Below, one piece after another: positions 1 through 9,026 of a stretch of 64,000 nucleotides of DNA; within the stretch, counting starts at the first letter, position 1; every line of letters begins with the position of its first letter. The notes beneath the pieces are model-generated. The model made no database searches. It was not told the origin of the DNA and was given only the letters and a program-made list of their open reading frames with translations. Origin of the DNA: Leptolyngbyaceae cyanobacterium (GTDB taxonomy: Bacteria; Cyanobacteriota; Cyanobacteriia; Phormidesmidales; Phormidesmidaceae); NCBI GenBank assembly GCA_965263355.1, contig CBDHHL010000032.1, forward strand, positions 2,976,001 through 3,040,000, read 5' to 3'. The translations under genes were made by a program, and so were the position numbers.

Positions 1-6
1 CTGGCT

Positions 7-711
7 ATGAGCTTTAGTCAGCGGGGCCGTGAACATTACAATCTCTGTCTGGAATTATCTGGTCAACGGTCTCTTGCCCCCGTGGTGATCGGGGCTCACT
101 ATGATACGGTGCCGGGATGCTCTGGTGCTGACGATAATGCGACAGGTGTAGCCGTTTTGCTGGAGCTGGCAAGACAATTTTCAGGTCAGCGTCCAAGGCG
201 GCCTGTACATTTAGTTGCCTTTGATTTAGAAGAATATGGCTTGGTTGGTAGTCGTGCCTATGTAGAAGCATTGCAAGGTCAGCCCATTCATCTGATGTTG
301 TCCTTAGAAATGCTGGGCTATTGTGCTAAAGAGTCGGTTTCTGGGCAGCCTAGTCAGACCTATCCCATAAAAGCATTAGAATACATCTATCCAAAAACGG
401 GTGATTTTATTGCACTGATTGGTAATTGGCAAATAATTCCCACATTGTGGGGATTTAATCGAGCGTTTAAATTGGCGGGTGTAAATTGTGCTTGGTTACC
501 TATGTTTCAGCGTGGGCTGCCGTTGCCCGATACTCGTCGAAGTGACCATGCGCCGTTTTGGGATGCAGGCTATAACGCCATAATGGTGACGGATACTTCT
601 AACTTACGTAACCCCCATTACCATACTCCAACAGATACTTTTGACACCTTGGACTTGGATTTTTTGACCAAGGTTTGCCTGGGATTAGCCCAGGGCATAG
701 CCCGATTGTGA
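7..711 (+). CDS. M28 family metallopeptidase (probably 5'-truncated by the window edge)
   Basis: GAHYDTV, GADDNATGVA, FDLEEYG, SDHAPF and YHT motifs of M28; the frame is open to the window start. Confidence 0.85.
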   Translation: MSFSQRGREHYNLCLELSGQRSLAPVVIGAHYDTVPGCSGADDNATGVAVLLELARQFSGQRPRRPVHLVAFDLEEYGLVGSRAYVEALQGQPIHLMLSLEMLGYCAKESVSGQPSQTYPIKALEYIYPKTGDFIALIGNWQIIPTLWGFNRAFKLAGVNCAWLPMFQRGLPLPDTRRSDHAPFWDAGYNAIMVTDTSNLRNPHYHTPTDTFDTLDLDFLTKVCLGLAQGIARL

Positions 712-714
712 GCT

Positions 715-2007
715 TTACAATAACCGTAGCTGTTGATTCTGTTCCTGCGTCAGAACTCTAGAGTCTAAGTCGATCGGTGTTTCGTCAGTTAGTTTGTCGT
801 CCTCCAGTAATGTTTGCGCTGCTAACATCATGTCGTCAGCGAGGTGGGTAAGGTCATTGCGATTACCTAGGTAGGTCTCTAAGGCGCTTAACGGGTCGCG
901 AATGTTATCGGAGGTTAACTCAGGTAAACGGGGTCGACTAAGTTGACTGATCAGTTCAGGATGAATGGTATAGGTATGGGCTTTGGATAGAGCCTGATGT
1001 AGAGCAGCGTGATCGATTTGGTCGATTTGAGGCGGGCTGAGTTTATACACCAAACGCACAACTGCCTTGGTGATATCGGCCTTAGTCAGGATTGTTTCCA
1101 GATGTAACTGTGGGGTAGCTGTGGTTGAGATATTTACCTCGATGGTTTTAAAGGGGCGGACAGGTAAGGGGCAGAATTCCACGGACGTATGATCTGGATG
1201 TATCTCCGCTAATACAAACCCTTTTTCTTCTTTTTCTTCACTAAAGTCCACCCGTTCAATGCTGCCGGGATAGACGATGGGCGGTTCATGGCAGAGTATC
1301 TGATGCTTGTGTACATGGCCCAGGGCGACGTAGTTAAAGCAAGGACGAGCCAAGAGAGCCATGGGCACAGTAAATCCTTTGCCAACGGCTAAGAATTTCT
1401 CAGCACCATATCGGGCTGTATCTGTCATTAGATGGGCTAGCAGAATACTTGGCCTATCAGGATCCAGCCGGCGAATTTCTCCTTCTAGGGCTACCCGTAG
1501 GCGATCGAGCATAATTTCGTTCACCTGACCCAACGATAATCCTTCTGTTTCAGGCCGAGTCAAGAGTGTTGAATGGGTTAGCCAGGGTAGGGTAATGACT
1601 TGAACAGTTCCTGCTTGAGTGTCGATTTTATGGGTGGTTAAACTGTCGCCAACAATCATGTTGGGTACTCCCAACGTGCGGTAGATGCATAGGCTAGCGC
1701 CGCCCATACCTTGGGAATGTTGGTCGTGATTCCCCACTAGCAGTACTGTTGGGATGTGAGCGTTGACTAAGCGCTGAAACTGTTGGGCAAAGGCCTGTTG
1801 TACGACGGGTGGTGGTGTGGCATCCGGAAACGCATCGCCGCCAAAGAGTACTAGGTCAACGGGTTCATTCAGGGCGCGATCAATGCAACGACTGAGGCTG
1901 GCAACAAAATCTTCTAATCGGGTATTGAGTCCTGTGTCTGGGTTGATGTGTCCATGGCTAAAGCCACTACCCATGTGAATATCGGAGAGATGGAGGACTT
2001 TGACCAT
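715..2007 (-). CDS. sbcD: Exonuclease SbcCD subunit D (Mre11-like metallophosphoesterase)
   Basis: LHLSDIHMG, GGDAF, GNHD, ALGHVHK and YPGSIERVDFSE motifs; start set at ATG 2007 (MVKVLHLSD). Confidence 0.9.
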   Translation of the reverse strand: MVKVLHLSDIHMGSGFSHGHINPDTGLNTRLEDFVASLSRCIDRALNEPVDLVLFGGDAFPDATPPPVVQQAFAQQFQRLVNAHIPTVLLVGNHDQHSQGMGGASLCIYRTLGVPNMIVGDSLTTHKIDTQAGTVQVITLPWLTHSTLLTRPETEGLSLGQVNEIMLDRLRVALEGEIRRLDPDRPSILLAHLMTDTARYGAEKFLAVGKGFTVPMALLARPCFNYVALGHVHKHQILCHEPPIVYPGSIERVDFSEEKEEKGFVLAEIHPDHTSVEFCPLPVRPFKTIEVNISTTATPQLHLETILTKADITKAVVRLVYKLSPPQIDQIDHAALHQALSKAHTYTIHPELISQLSRPRLPELTSDNIRDPLSALETYLGNRNDLTHLADDMMLAAQTLLEDDKLTDETPIDLDSRVLTQEQNQQLRLL

Positions 2008-2086
2008 GGTGATAGTGGGCAGGACTTGAGATCGCAAGCGTTGACTTGTGAGTGCGCTATCAGTATCTTTGTCCTAGTTGGAAACG

Positions 2087-3532
2087 TCAAGGGCTATGGA
2101 CAGCATGATAGCGGTCTACGTGGCTAAACAGCCGGTGAATATGGTCTACGGTTGTAAATGGATTGAGCAAGACAGCCTTTAGCCATCGCTGTCCCCGGTA
2201 GGTGGGCAATGATAAAAATGTGTTGCCTGTTTGTAAAAGCCACTGCTGTAGTCCATGGTTCCAATCATCGAGGTGGTCTGTTGGTAAGGCCGCAGGCTCA
2301 GCCCGAAAACACACTAGATTCATTTGTGGCTCACTCGCTAGCCTGAGAAACTGTCGCGCTTTGACAGCGGCAGTAAAGGTTTTGGTCAGTTCATAGTTGT
2401 GGTCAATAATGGCGCTGTAACCGTCTCGACCAATGTGCTGTAGTGATAGCCATAACTTGAGGATGTCAGCATGACGGGTACCTTGCACCGTGAGTTCGCC
2501 TAAATTTGGCCAGTCGTCGTGGTCGTGCATGTAGGGGGCTAACACTCGAAACTGTTTCTGGAGCTGATCAAACTGGCGAAACATCACAATGGCAGAGGTT
2601 TTGGCGACATATAACCATTTCTGTGGGTTAAAGGTAACTGAGTCTGCTTGTTCGATGCCGGCTAACTGAGATTGGTAGCAGTCTGAAAACATCAACGCTC
2701 CACCGTAGGCGGCATCCACATGGAACCACAGTTTGTTGAGCTTTGCGATACTCGCCATTTGATAAATGGGGTCAATACTGCCGGTTACGGTAGTTCCGGC
2801 GGTGGCAACAATGGCAAAGGGCTGCTGACCGTCTGTTTTGGCCTGAGCTAATTTGGTGTTTAGATCGTCAATTTCAATTTGTGAATTTTGGTTGGTTGCG
2901 ACTGGAATGGCTGCTCTAGTGCCTAAACCCATCACCATCGCCGCCTTTTTAAACGAGGTATGAGCCACTTCTGAGACCAAGAAAACAGGTTGTTGTCCTG
3001 AGGGAATGCCAGTTTCTAAGGCATTAAAGGCTTGGTTGCGAGCCACAATCAGTGCTTGCAAATTTGCTAGGCTGCCGCCACTCACTAAAACGCCGTTGGC
3101 CTGGGGACCAAGGCCAAATAGCTGGGCGATTTGCTGCAAAACCAACATTTCTAACCGGGAGAAAACCGGCGACATTTCTACACTCAGCATATTGTTGTTG
3201 AGGGCAGCCACTAGCAAGTCTGCAATTACCGATAGGGTGGTGGGAATCGAATCCATATGGCCGATATAGCCTGGATGAGCGGCATTCATAGAGCCATGCA
3301 GGTGCGCTTTAACTTCATCCAAGAGCGCTGCAATCGGTACAGAGTTGTTGGGTAATTTGGCCCAGGCATAGGTGCTTGAAATCAATGGCTCAGGCAGTGG
3401 AGAGCGGTCTGTAGCCTGAGCCATAGTTTCAACTAATAGGTCGATAACTTGATGTAAGAGGGTTGCAATCTCATCCCGATTTTTACCATCAGGACGAATA
3501 AATGCCATTGTCGGCAAAGCCGAAAAATCCAC
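2087..3532 (-). CDS. Group II PLP-dependent amino-acid decarboxylase (substrate unknown)
   Basis: SGGSLAN, ATAGTTVTGSID, HVDAAYGG and NPQKW (PLP lysine). Confidence 0.85.
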   Translation of the reverse strand: MDFSALPTMAFIRPDGKNRDEIATLLHQVIDLLVETMAQATDRSPLPEPLISSTYAWAKLPNNSVPIAALLDEVKAHLHGSMNAAHPGYIGHMDSIPTTLSVIADLLVAALNNNMLSVEMSPVFSRLEMLVLQQIAQLFGLGPQANGVLVSGGSLANLQALIVARNQAFNALETGIPSGQQPVFLVSEVAHTSFKKAAMVMGLGTRAAIPVATNQNSQIEIDDLNTKLAQAKTDGQQPFAIVATAGTTVTGSIDPIYQMASIAKLNKLWFHVDAAYGGALMFSDCYQSQLAGIEQADSVTFNPQKWLYVAKTSAIVMFRQFDQLQKQFRVLAPYMHDHDDWPNLGELTVQGTRHADILKLWLSLQHIGRDGYSAIIDHNYELTKTFTAAVKARQFLRLASEPQMNLVCFRAEPAALPTDHLDDWNHGLQQWLLQTGNTFLSLPTYRGQRWLKAVLLNPFTTVDHIHRLFSHVDRYHAVHSP

Positions 3533-3569
3533 CGTATCTGTTGTTTATAGCTGTGCTCTACTAGGGTAA

Positions 3570-5147
3570 TCAATAAACCCATCGCACGCGTGGTTTACCT
3601 GGGCGCATTCCCAGATGAACAAACCCTCGTTGCGCTCCATAACCAATGCTATAGGGATAGGTTTGGTCGCACCAGTATTCCACCTCATAGATACTGACAT
3701 TCTTGATGTAAAAATCCACCGCACCGGTATCTGGCGCATCATATAAATGCTCTGAACGACGAGCGCCACCTACTTTTGCATTGACGCTGGGGGGACGATA
3801 GCCGGAGGTAATCACTAGGGGATTGTCGCCAAAGTAATCACGACATTTCTCAAGAAACAGGCAGATTTCATAGGCTGTCTTGCACTGGAAATCAGACTGA
3901 AAGCGCCGCTCCTCATCATAAAGAGCGAATTCGCCATAGGTAATGTGGGGGGTAATCAGCGTATCAAAGGGCATATCTGGCGTCAGTCTGGCTCCAACCG
4001 GTGTACTGCCAGCGACATCTCGACTAATACGGTCTAGGCGTTCTTCCGGTTTGCGATCGCTCGCTTCGCCTGCTTCATTATGATCATCATCCCAATTCGG
4101 AGTAGCCCCGGTGGGTTTCTTGCAGAACAAATCAGCTTCTGCTAAGCGACGGCGGCGCAATCCTGCTTCCACGGAAGTACCTGGATTTCTATACTTAACA
4201 AATTGGGCCGCTATCCAGCGATGATCATTCCACTGGGTGGGTGAGTCGCAGACTCGGGTAATCGACTCAAAGTTATAGCCGCGATAAAACCCTGAGCCCA
4301 AATTATAGGCAAAACTATATAGAGCCCCGCGCTGGTTACTATTCATGCGACTCCAGGTCGGAATTTTTTCCAGGGCTTGACGGCAGGATTTGTCGACATG
4401 ATCAATCAAGTATTCTTCTGCCTGGTCTTGAGTAATTACGTCACCTTGTTTGACCTTGACACCGTTAGGATATCGAGTTGTGCCATAGCCAATTGTCGGT
4501 ACGGACCAGCCTTGTAGCGGATCAGCATAGGCTGTGGCCCGACCATCCGGTAGGGCTTGAGCATAGCCTTCAAACTCTTTAATTAATTCGATTCCAGAAC
4601 GGGGAATCTTGCCTAAGATTGCGTCAGAAGGGCGCTCGGGAGTAGGGACAGGGGACGGCGGTGCGATCGTTTGTTGACGAATGGGCACCGCAATCACACC
4701 TAAGCGATCGATCCAGCGTCCACTTTGACCATAGAACCCAATGACTTGGTGGTTGGGCGGCACTGCTAAGTCTATGATTTCGCGTTTTTGCTGACCAAAC
4801 AAAATGCTGCGGCCTTGACTGGTAATCAGCTCTAGGGAGCCAACATAGCGTTTGCCAGTAAGCCTGACATTTGTAATGTATTCGTTGGAATCGAGCACAA
4901 ACGACTGCTGAGCCGCCCCATTGCCACCATGGGTAGGTAGTTCCCTACTAGCCCACTGCATTTGCACTTGATCGACATAGCGCCCTACCCGTACCGAGAC
5001 CGCCACTGGCTTTGCCTGTTGGGCTAGGACTTGGTCACTAGCTTGAGGCGGCCAGCCAATATCTGAAAATAATTTGCCACCGCTGCCACCGACTGACAAG
5101 CTACGCCAGAGTGTTCCACCTGTGCTATTTGAGGATTCCATAAGCAT
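3570..5147 (-). CDS. Fusion protein: jacalin-like lectin + GH24 phage-type lysozyme + peptidase M15A-like domain
   Basis: N-terminal GGSGGKLFSD...HGGNG...IGFYGQSGRWIDRLGV (jacalin pattern); Pro-rich linker; IKEFEG...AYADP...PTIGYGTT...GLRRRRLAEADLF (GH24); ITSGYR...SEH...AVDF...FVHLG (M15). Confidence 0.8.
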   Translation of the reverse strand: MLMESSNSTGGTLWRSLSVGGSGGKLFSDIGWPPQASDQVLAQQAKPVAVSVRVGRYVDQVQMQWASRELPTHGGNGAAQQSFVLDSNEYITNVRLTGKRYVGSLELITSQGRSILFGQQKREIIDLAVPPNHQVIGFYGQSGRWIDRLGVIAVPIRQQTIAPPSPVPTPERPSDAILGKIPRSGIELIKEFEGYAQALPDGRATAYADPLQGWSVPTIGYGTTRYPNGVKVKQGDVITQDQAEEYLIDHVDKSCRQALEKIPTWSRMNSNQRGALYSFAYNLGSGFYRGYNFESITRVCDSPTQWNDHRWIAAQFVKYRNPGTSVEAGLRRRRLAEADLFCKKPTGATPNWDDDHNEAGEASDRKPEERLDRISRDVAGSTPVGARLTPDMPFDTLITPHITYGEFALYDEERRFQSDFQCKTAYEICLFLEKCRDYFGDNPLVITSGYRPPSVNAKVGGARRSEHLYDAPDTGAVDFYIKNVSIYEVEYWCDQTYPYSIGYGAQRGFVHLGMRPGKPRVRWVY

Positions 5148-5267
5148 GTGCCTGTTCTAGTTACGATGTTAGCCCTATATTTCTAGAGGGACATGGGGGC
5201 TAATACATCTTTTGGCTGTGGCTTATGAATCAAGTTAAAGCCGAAAAATTACGGAATATTAAGATGA

Positions 5268-5315
5268 TTTTTCTCGTGTAGGGTCGTTCCATGGAACGAC
5301 CCTACACGAGAAAAA
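5268..5315. terminator. Perfect 48-bp palindrome with T5/A5 ends; bidirectional terminator or GTAG-type REP-like element
   Basis: TTTTTCTCGTGTAGGGTCGTTCCA|TGGAACGACCCTACACGAGAAAAA, 4 bp after the cysH stop. Confidence 0.75.
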
Positions 5316-5319
5316 GACC

Positions 5320-6063
5320 CTATCCATGGATACCGCATTCGGTTTTGATACTGCCACGCCAGCGACCAGCGCGTTCCTCTTCCCCAGCATTGACCTTAGT
5401 GGTTAATGGTTGATCTCCAATGCTGGTATACCCCTGATCATGGAGTGGGTTATACAAAACGCCGTGGGCAAAAGTGTATCGCCACAGATCCTTATGGGTC
5501 CAATTGGCAAGGGGGTTGATTTTTAATCGTCCCTTAGGGTCTCGCTCCAGAATTGGCATAGTTTGACGGGTAGCAGACTGATCGCGACGCCGTCCTGTAA
5601 TCCATCCTTGGACTGACAGAGCCTCTAAGGCTTTTTCCATGGGTTGCACTTTAGTTAACTCGTGAAACAGGGCAACATCCTTCTCCCATAGTTGATCGCC
5701 ATAGCGGGCTATAAAGTCTTCTCGGGTGGGGGCAGCTTGATAGGTGTGGAGGTCGAGATCGTAAAACTCTTTGGCCTTTTGGCCAGTTGCTAAGGTTTCT
5801 GGAAAAAGATGTAGCGTGTCTAGAAAGACGACAGGGATTTTTGCCTGGAGGTCGTGATATAGCATGTGGGTCACTGCCACCATGCTAAAGGAGGTAAGTT
5901 GAACCAGATTGGGGACCGTGGCAACTGACCATGCCAAAATTTCTTGGGGTGTAGCCGATTCAAACCGACGATTCAGCTCGACTAGATCTAACTGTCTGGG
6001 GTCAAACGCAACGCGGTTATTTGACTGATGGGTAGGCGATTGCGCTTCTATGCAAGAAACCAT
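5320..6063 (-). CDS. cysH: Phosphoadenylyl-sulfate (PAPS) reductase
   Basis: FLDTLHLFPET, WITGRRRDQS, GYTSIGD, ERAGRW and C-terminal ECGIH. Confidence 0.92.
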   Translation of the reverse strand: MVSCIEAQSPTHQSNNRVAFDPRQLDLVELNRRFESATPQEILAWSVATVPNLVQLTSFSMVAVTHMLYHDLQAKIPVVFLDTLHLFPETLATGQKAKEFYDLDLHTYQAAPTREDFIARYGDQLWEKDVALFHELTKVQPMEKALEALSVQGWITGRRRDQSATRQTMPILERDPKGRLKINPLANWTHKDLWRYTFAHGVLYNPLHDQGYTSIGDQPLTTKVNAGEEERAGRWRGSIKTECGIHG

Positions 6064-6223
6064 TGGTGTAGATGGGGTTTCAGCCCGTAAACGATCACTG
6101 GAAATATCCTATCGCAATAATTCCTCATAACCCACCGGAGAAATGTAGATTAATCCGATCTAGATTAGATGCGTTAACCGTAACAGTCGCATCTTGCCCC
6201 CGTAGCGTAGGACAATAACAGTC

Positions 6224-6520
6224 ATGAAAAAGCTTATTTTTTACACAAAACCCGGTTGTCACCTGTGCGAAAGCTTAGGGGAAAAGCTAGCGAAGTTGGG
6301 CCATTTGCCAATCGAGATTGAGGCTCGTGACATCACAGTCAATCCCGTTTGGTTTACGGAGTATCGGTATGAAATTCCGGTACTTTGCCGCATCATTGGT
6401 CATCCTGAAACACCTGAATTGGTCAAAGAGCAGCCGTTACCTCGTCTGTCTCCACAGGCACCGTTGCGACAATTAGAGCAAATGCTAGAGACCTATTTGG
6501 GTCCCTTTGAGGCAGAATAG
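6224..6520 (+). CDS. Glutaredoxin-like protein (DUF836 type)
   Basis: YTKPGCHLCE CxxC motif and EIPVL; sits directly upstream of murE. Confidence 0.8.
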   Translation: MKKLIFYTKPGCHLCESLGEKLAKLGHLPIEIEARDITVNPVWFTEYRYEIPVLCRIIGHPETPELVKEQPLPRLSPQAPLRQLEQMLETYLGPFEAE

Positions 6521-6560
6521 CGGCATTCCACTTGAGAGAAGACGTTTGGAGTCGGTCTGT

Positions 6561-8063
6561 ATGACGCTGCGTGAGTTACTGGCGCAATTACCCCCTGAGT
6601 TGCTGCCCGCTATTGAGCATCCGGCCTTAGATCACCCTGTTACTGGGCTGTGTATTAATTCAAAAACTTGCAAGCCTGGTGATTTGTTTATCGGTATGCC
6701 GGGGACGCGGGTAGATGGGGGTGAATTTTGGCGAAGTGCGATGGAAAAGGGGGCGATCGCAGCCATCATTTCCCCTCATGCCCTACAAAAGCAGCCTGCA
6801 ACAGATACATCAACTCTCCTAATTCCGATTCACGATATCCCAACCGTCTGCGGTGAAATTGCGGCGGCCTTCTACAACTATCCAGGTAAAAGCCTGAAGC
6901 TAGTAGGGGTGACTGGTACGAATGGTAAAACCACTACCACCCATATAATTGAGCATTTTCTTAATGCGGCTGAGATGCCCACTGGGTTGCTAGGTACACT
7001 TTATACTCGTTGGCCTGGGCATCAAGAGATGGCGGTGCACACGACACCATTTCCGGTTGATTTACAGCGCGAGCTAGCTAAAGTTGTAGGCGCAGGGTGT
7101 CAGCACGCCATTATGGAAGTTAGCTCCCATGCACTGGCTCAAAAGCGAGTTTGGGGGTGTCCCTTTGAGGTAGCGGTGTTTACAAATCTCACCCAGGATC
7201 ACCTCGACTATCACAAGGATCTTGAGGACTATTTTGAAGCTAAGGCCCTACTGTTTAATGCTTACTATCTCAAGGGTCGCGCCATTATTAATAGTAGAGA
7301 TGCCTACGGTCAGCGGCTGATGAATCGGCTCAGCGTCGATCAGGTTTGGACGTATCACATTGACGATACAGCTGCTAACTTACACACCACAGATCTGAAC
7401 TATAGTGCAGCGGGTGTCAGTGGTACCCTGATGACTCCAATGGGGGCAGCGTCGTTTACGTCACCATTAGTGGGTCGGTTTAATCTAGAAAATTTACTGG
7501 CAGCAACAGGAGCTGTACTGCACTTGGGCGTTTCCCTAGACGTTTTGACAGCTGCACTGGCTGTATTTGGGGGAGTGCCTGGTCGTATGGAGCGAGTGCA
7601 GGTTAGCCCTATCCAAGATATTAGTGTGATTGTGGACTATGCCCATACGCCCGATAGTTTAGAAAATGCGCTGCGGGCAGCACGTCCGTTTATTTCAGGG
7701 CAGATGATTTGCGTGTTTGGCTGTGGTGGAGATCGAGATCGCACCAAGCGGCCTCAAATGGGGCGGATTGCCTACGAATTAGCGGATCGGATTGTGGTTA
7801 CCTCTGATAATCCACGGACTGAGGACCCTCAGAAAATTTTGGCTGATGTGATGGCGGGGATTGACGCTGATCTAAGTGAAAATGAGATGATTTGCGATCG
7901 CGCTGCTGCTATTCAACAGGCCATCGTATCTGCTCAGCCGGGGGATGGGGTGCTAATTGCAGGTAAAGGCCATGAGGATTATCAGATTTTAGGGACCGAA
8001 AAAATTCATTTTGATGACCGTGAGCAGGCTCAATTGGCTCTCAAAATGAGGTTAGTACCATAG
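6561..8063 (+). CDS. murE: UDP-N-acetylmuramoyl-L-alanyl-D-glutamate--2,6-diaminopimelate ligase
   Basis: GVTGTNGKTT, MEVSSH, NLTQDHLDYH, VDYAHTPD, DNPR (mDAP specificity) and AGKGHE; start set at ATG 6561. Confidence 0.95.
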   Translation: MTLRELLAQLPPELLPAIEHPALDHPVTGLCINSKTCKPGDLFIGMPGTRVDGGEFWRSAMEKGAIAAIISPHALQKQPATDTSTLLIPIHDIPTVCGEIAAAFYNYPGKSLKLVGVTGTNGKTTTTHIIEHFLNAAEMPTGLLGTLYTRWPGHQEMAVHTTPFPVDLQRELAKVVGAGCQHAIMEVSSHALAQKRVWGCPFEVAVFTNLTQDHLDYHKDLEDYFEAKALLFNAYYLKGRAIINSRDAYGQRLMNRLSVDQVWTYHIDDTAANLHTTDLNYSAAGVSGTLMTPMGAASFTSPLVGRFNLENLLAATGAVLHLGVSLDVLTAALAVFGGVPGRMERVQVSPIQDISVIVDYAHTPDSLENALRAARPFISGQMICVFGCGGDRDRTKRPQMGRIAYELADRIVVTSDNPRTEDPQKILADVMAGIDADLSENEMICDRAAAIQQAIVSAQPGDGVLIAGKGHEDYQILGTEKIHFDDREQAQLALKMRLVP

Positions 8064-8207
8064 CGATAGTTTATTGGTGGCGGTAAGAAAAAATGGACTG
8101 AGAGCGCAAGTTAAGTAGAAATACCCATTTATCTGTTATTTCCCTTAATTAACCTAGAAAGGTCGATACGTGTTCGCATACGCCCTGAGATTATCTTTGG
8201 AGCTATT

Positions 8208-8954
8208 ATGGATGTTTCCACAGTCAGGCCATCCGCATTAACTAAGTCCCGTTTTGCTACGTCGACGACTCGCTCATCTGCTCCAGAGGTCGATCTGCAC
8301 TTTCTTAAAACGGCTACCCAAGAGCTTAGCAATCCAATTACAACGATTAAAACAGCGCTCACGCTCCTGAACTCGTCGTCTCTGAAACCCAAGCAGCGAG
8401 AGCGCTATCTGCAGATGATTGGTCAGGCGTGTAATCGTCAAAGCCAGTTGATCAATAATGTCTTCAAGCTATTGGAATTACAGCTTGCTCCCCAAACGAC
8501 CAGTCTGGAGCCCGTGCAGCTTTGGGATTTAGTGCCAGGGGTGGTCAGTACGTATCAACCACTGGCTAAGGAGAATAATATTTTGCTGGCTTACACGGTG
8601 TCTAATCATTTACCCCCCGTGTTAGCCATTCCATCTCACCTCAAACAGGTGTTGGTGAGTTTGGTGAGCAATAGTATTCAGTTTACGGAGTCGGGGGGGC
8701 GTATTTGGGTGACTGCTCACCAGCGTAGTGCTGGCGAAATTGTGTTAGTTATTCAAGACAATGGTCGCGGTATTGCGCCGTCGGTTTTGCCCCAAGTATT
8801 TGATTCGTTTTATAGCAGTACGTCTGAGGGTAGTGGTTTGGGTTTAACGCTAGTCCAGCAGTTATTAACTCACTGTGGTGCGTCCATATCTGTAAGTAGT
8901 AAACCAGGCAAGGGGACTGCGTTTACGATTTTGCTAGCCGTTGCTCCTAGTTAA
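8208..8954 (+). CDS. Sensor histidine kinase-like protein with a degenerate H-box and no sensor domain
   Basis: HisKA-like TQELSNPITT (Q in place of H); N-box NSIQFT, DNGRGI, GSGLGL and GKGTAF. Confidence 0.75.
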   Translation: MDVSTVRPSALTKSRFATSTTRSSAPEVDLHFLKTATQELSNPITTIKTALTLLNSSSLKPKQRERYLQMIGQACNRQSQLINNVFKLLELQLAPQTTSLEPVQLWDLVPGVVSTYQPLAKENNILLAYTVSNHLPPVLAIPSHLKQVLVSLVSNSIQFTESGGRIWVTAHQRSAGEIVLVIQDNGRGIAPSVLPQVFDSFYSSTSEGSGLGLTLVQQLLTHCGASISVSSKPGKGTAFTILLAVAPS

Positions 8955-9026
8955 TCAAACTGGTAATCTATCGAGACGTTATGATAAATCCCGGACGGCA
9001 AGTATTAAGCTGAGACCACTTGCCTG

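Noticed and set aside
715..2007. sbcD without an adjacent sbcC (likewise pheT without pheS)
   Set aside because: Dispersed subunit genes are commonplace in cyanobacteria
3570..5147. Prophage around the lysozyme gene
   Set aside because: No integrase, structural, holin or replication genes; both neighbours are metabolic genes
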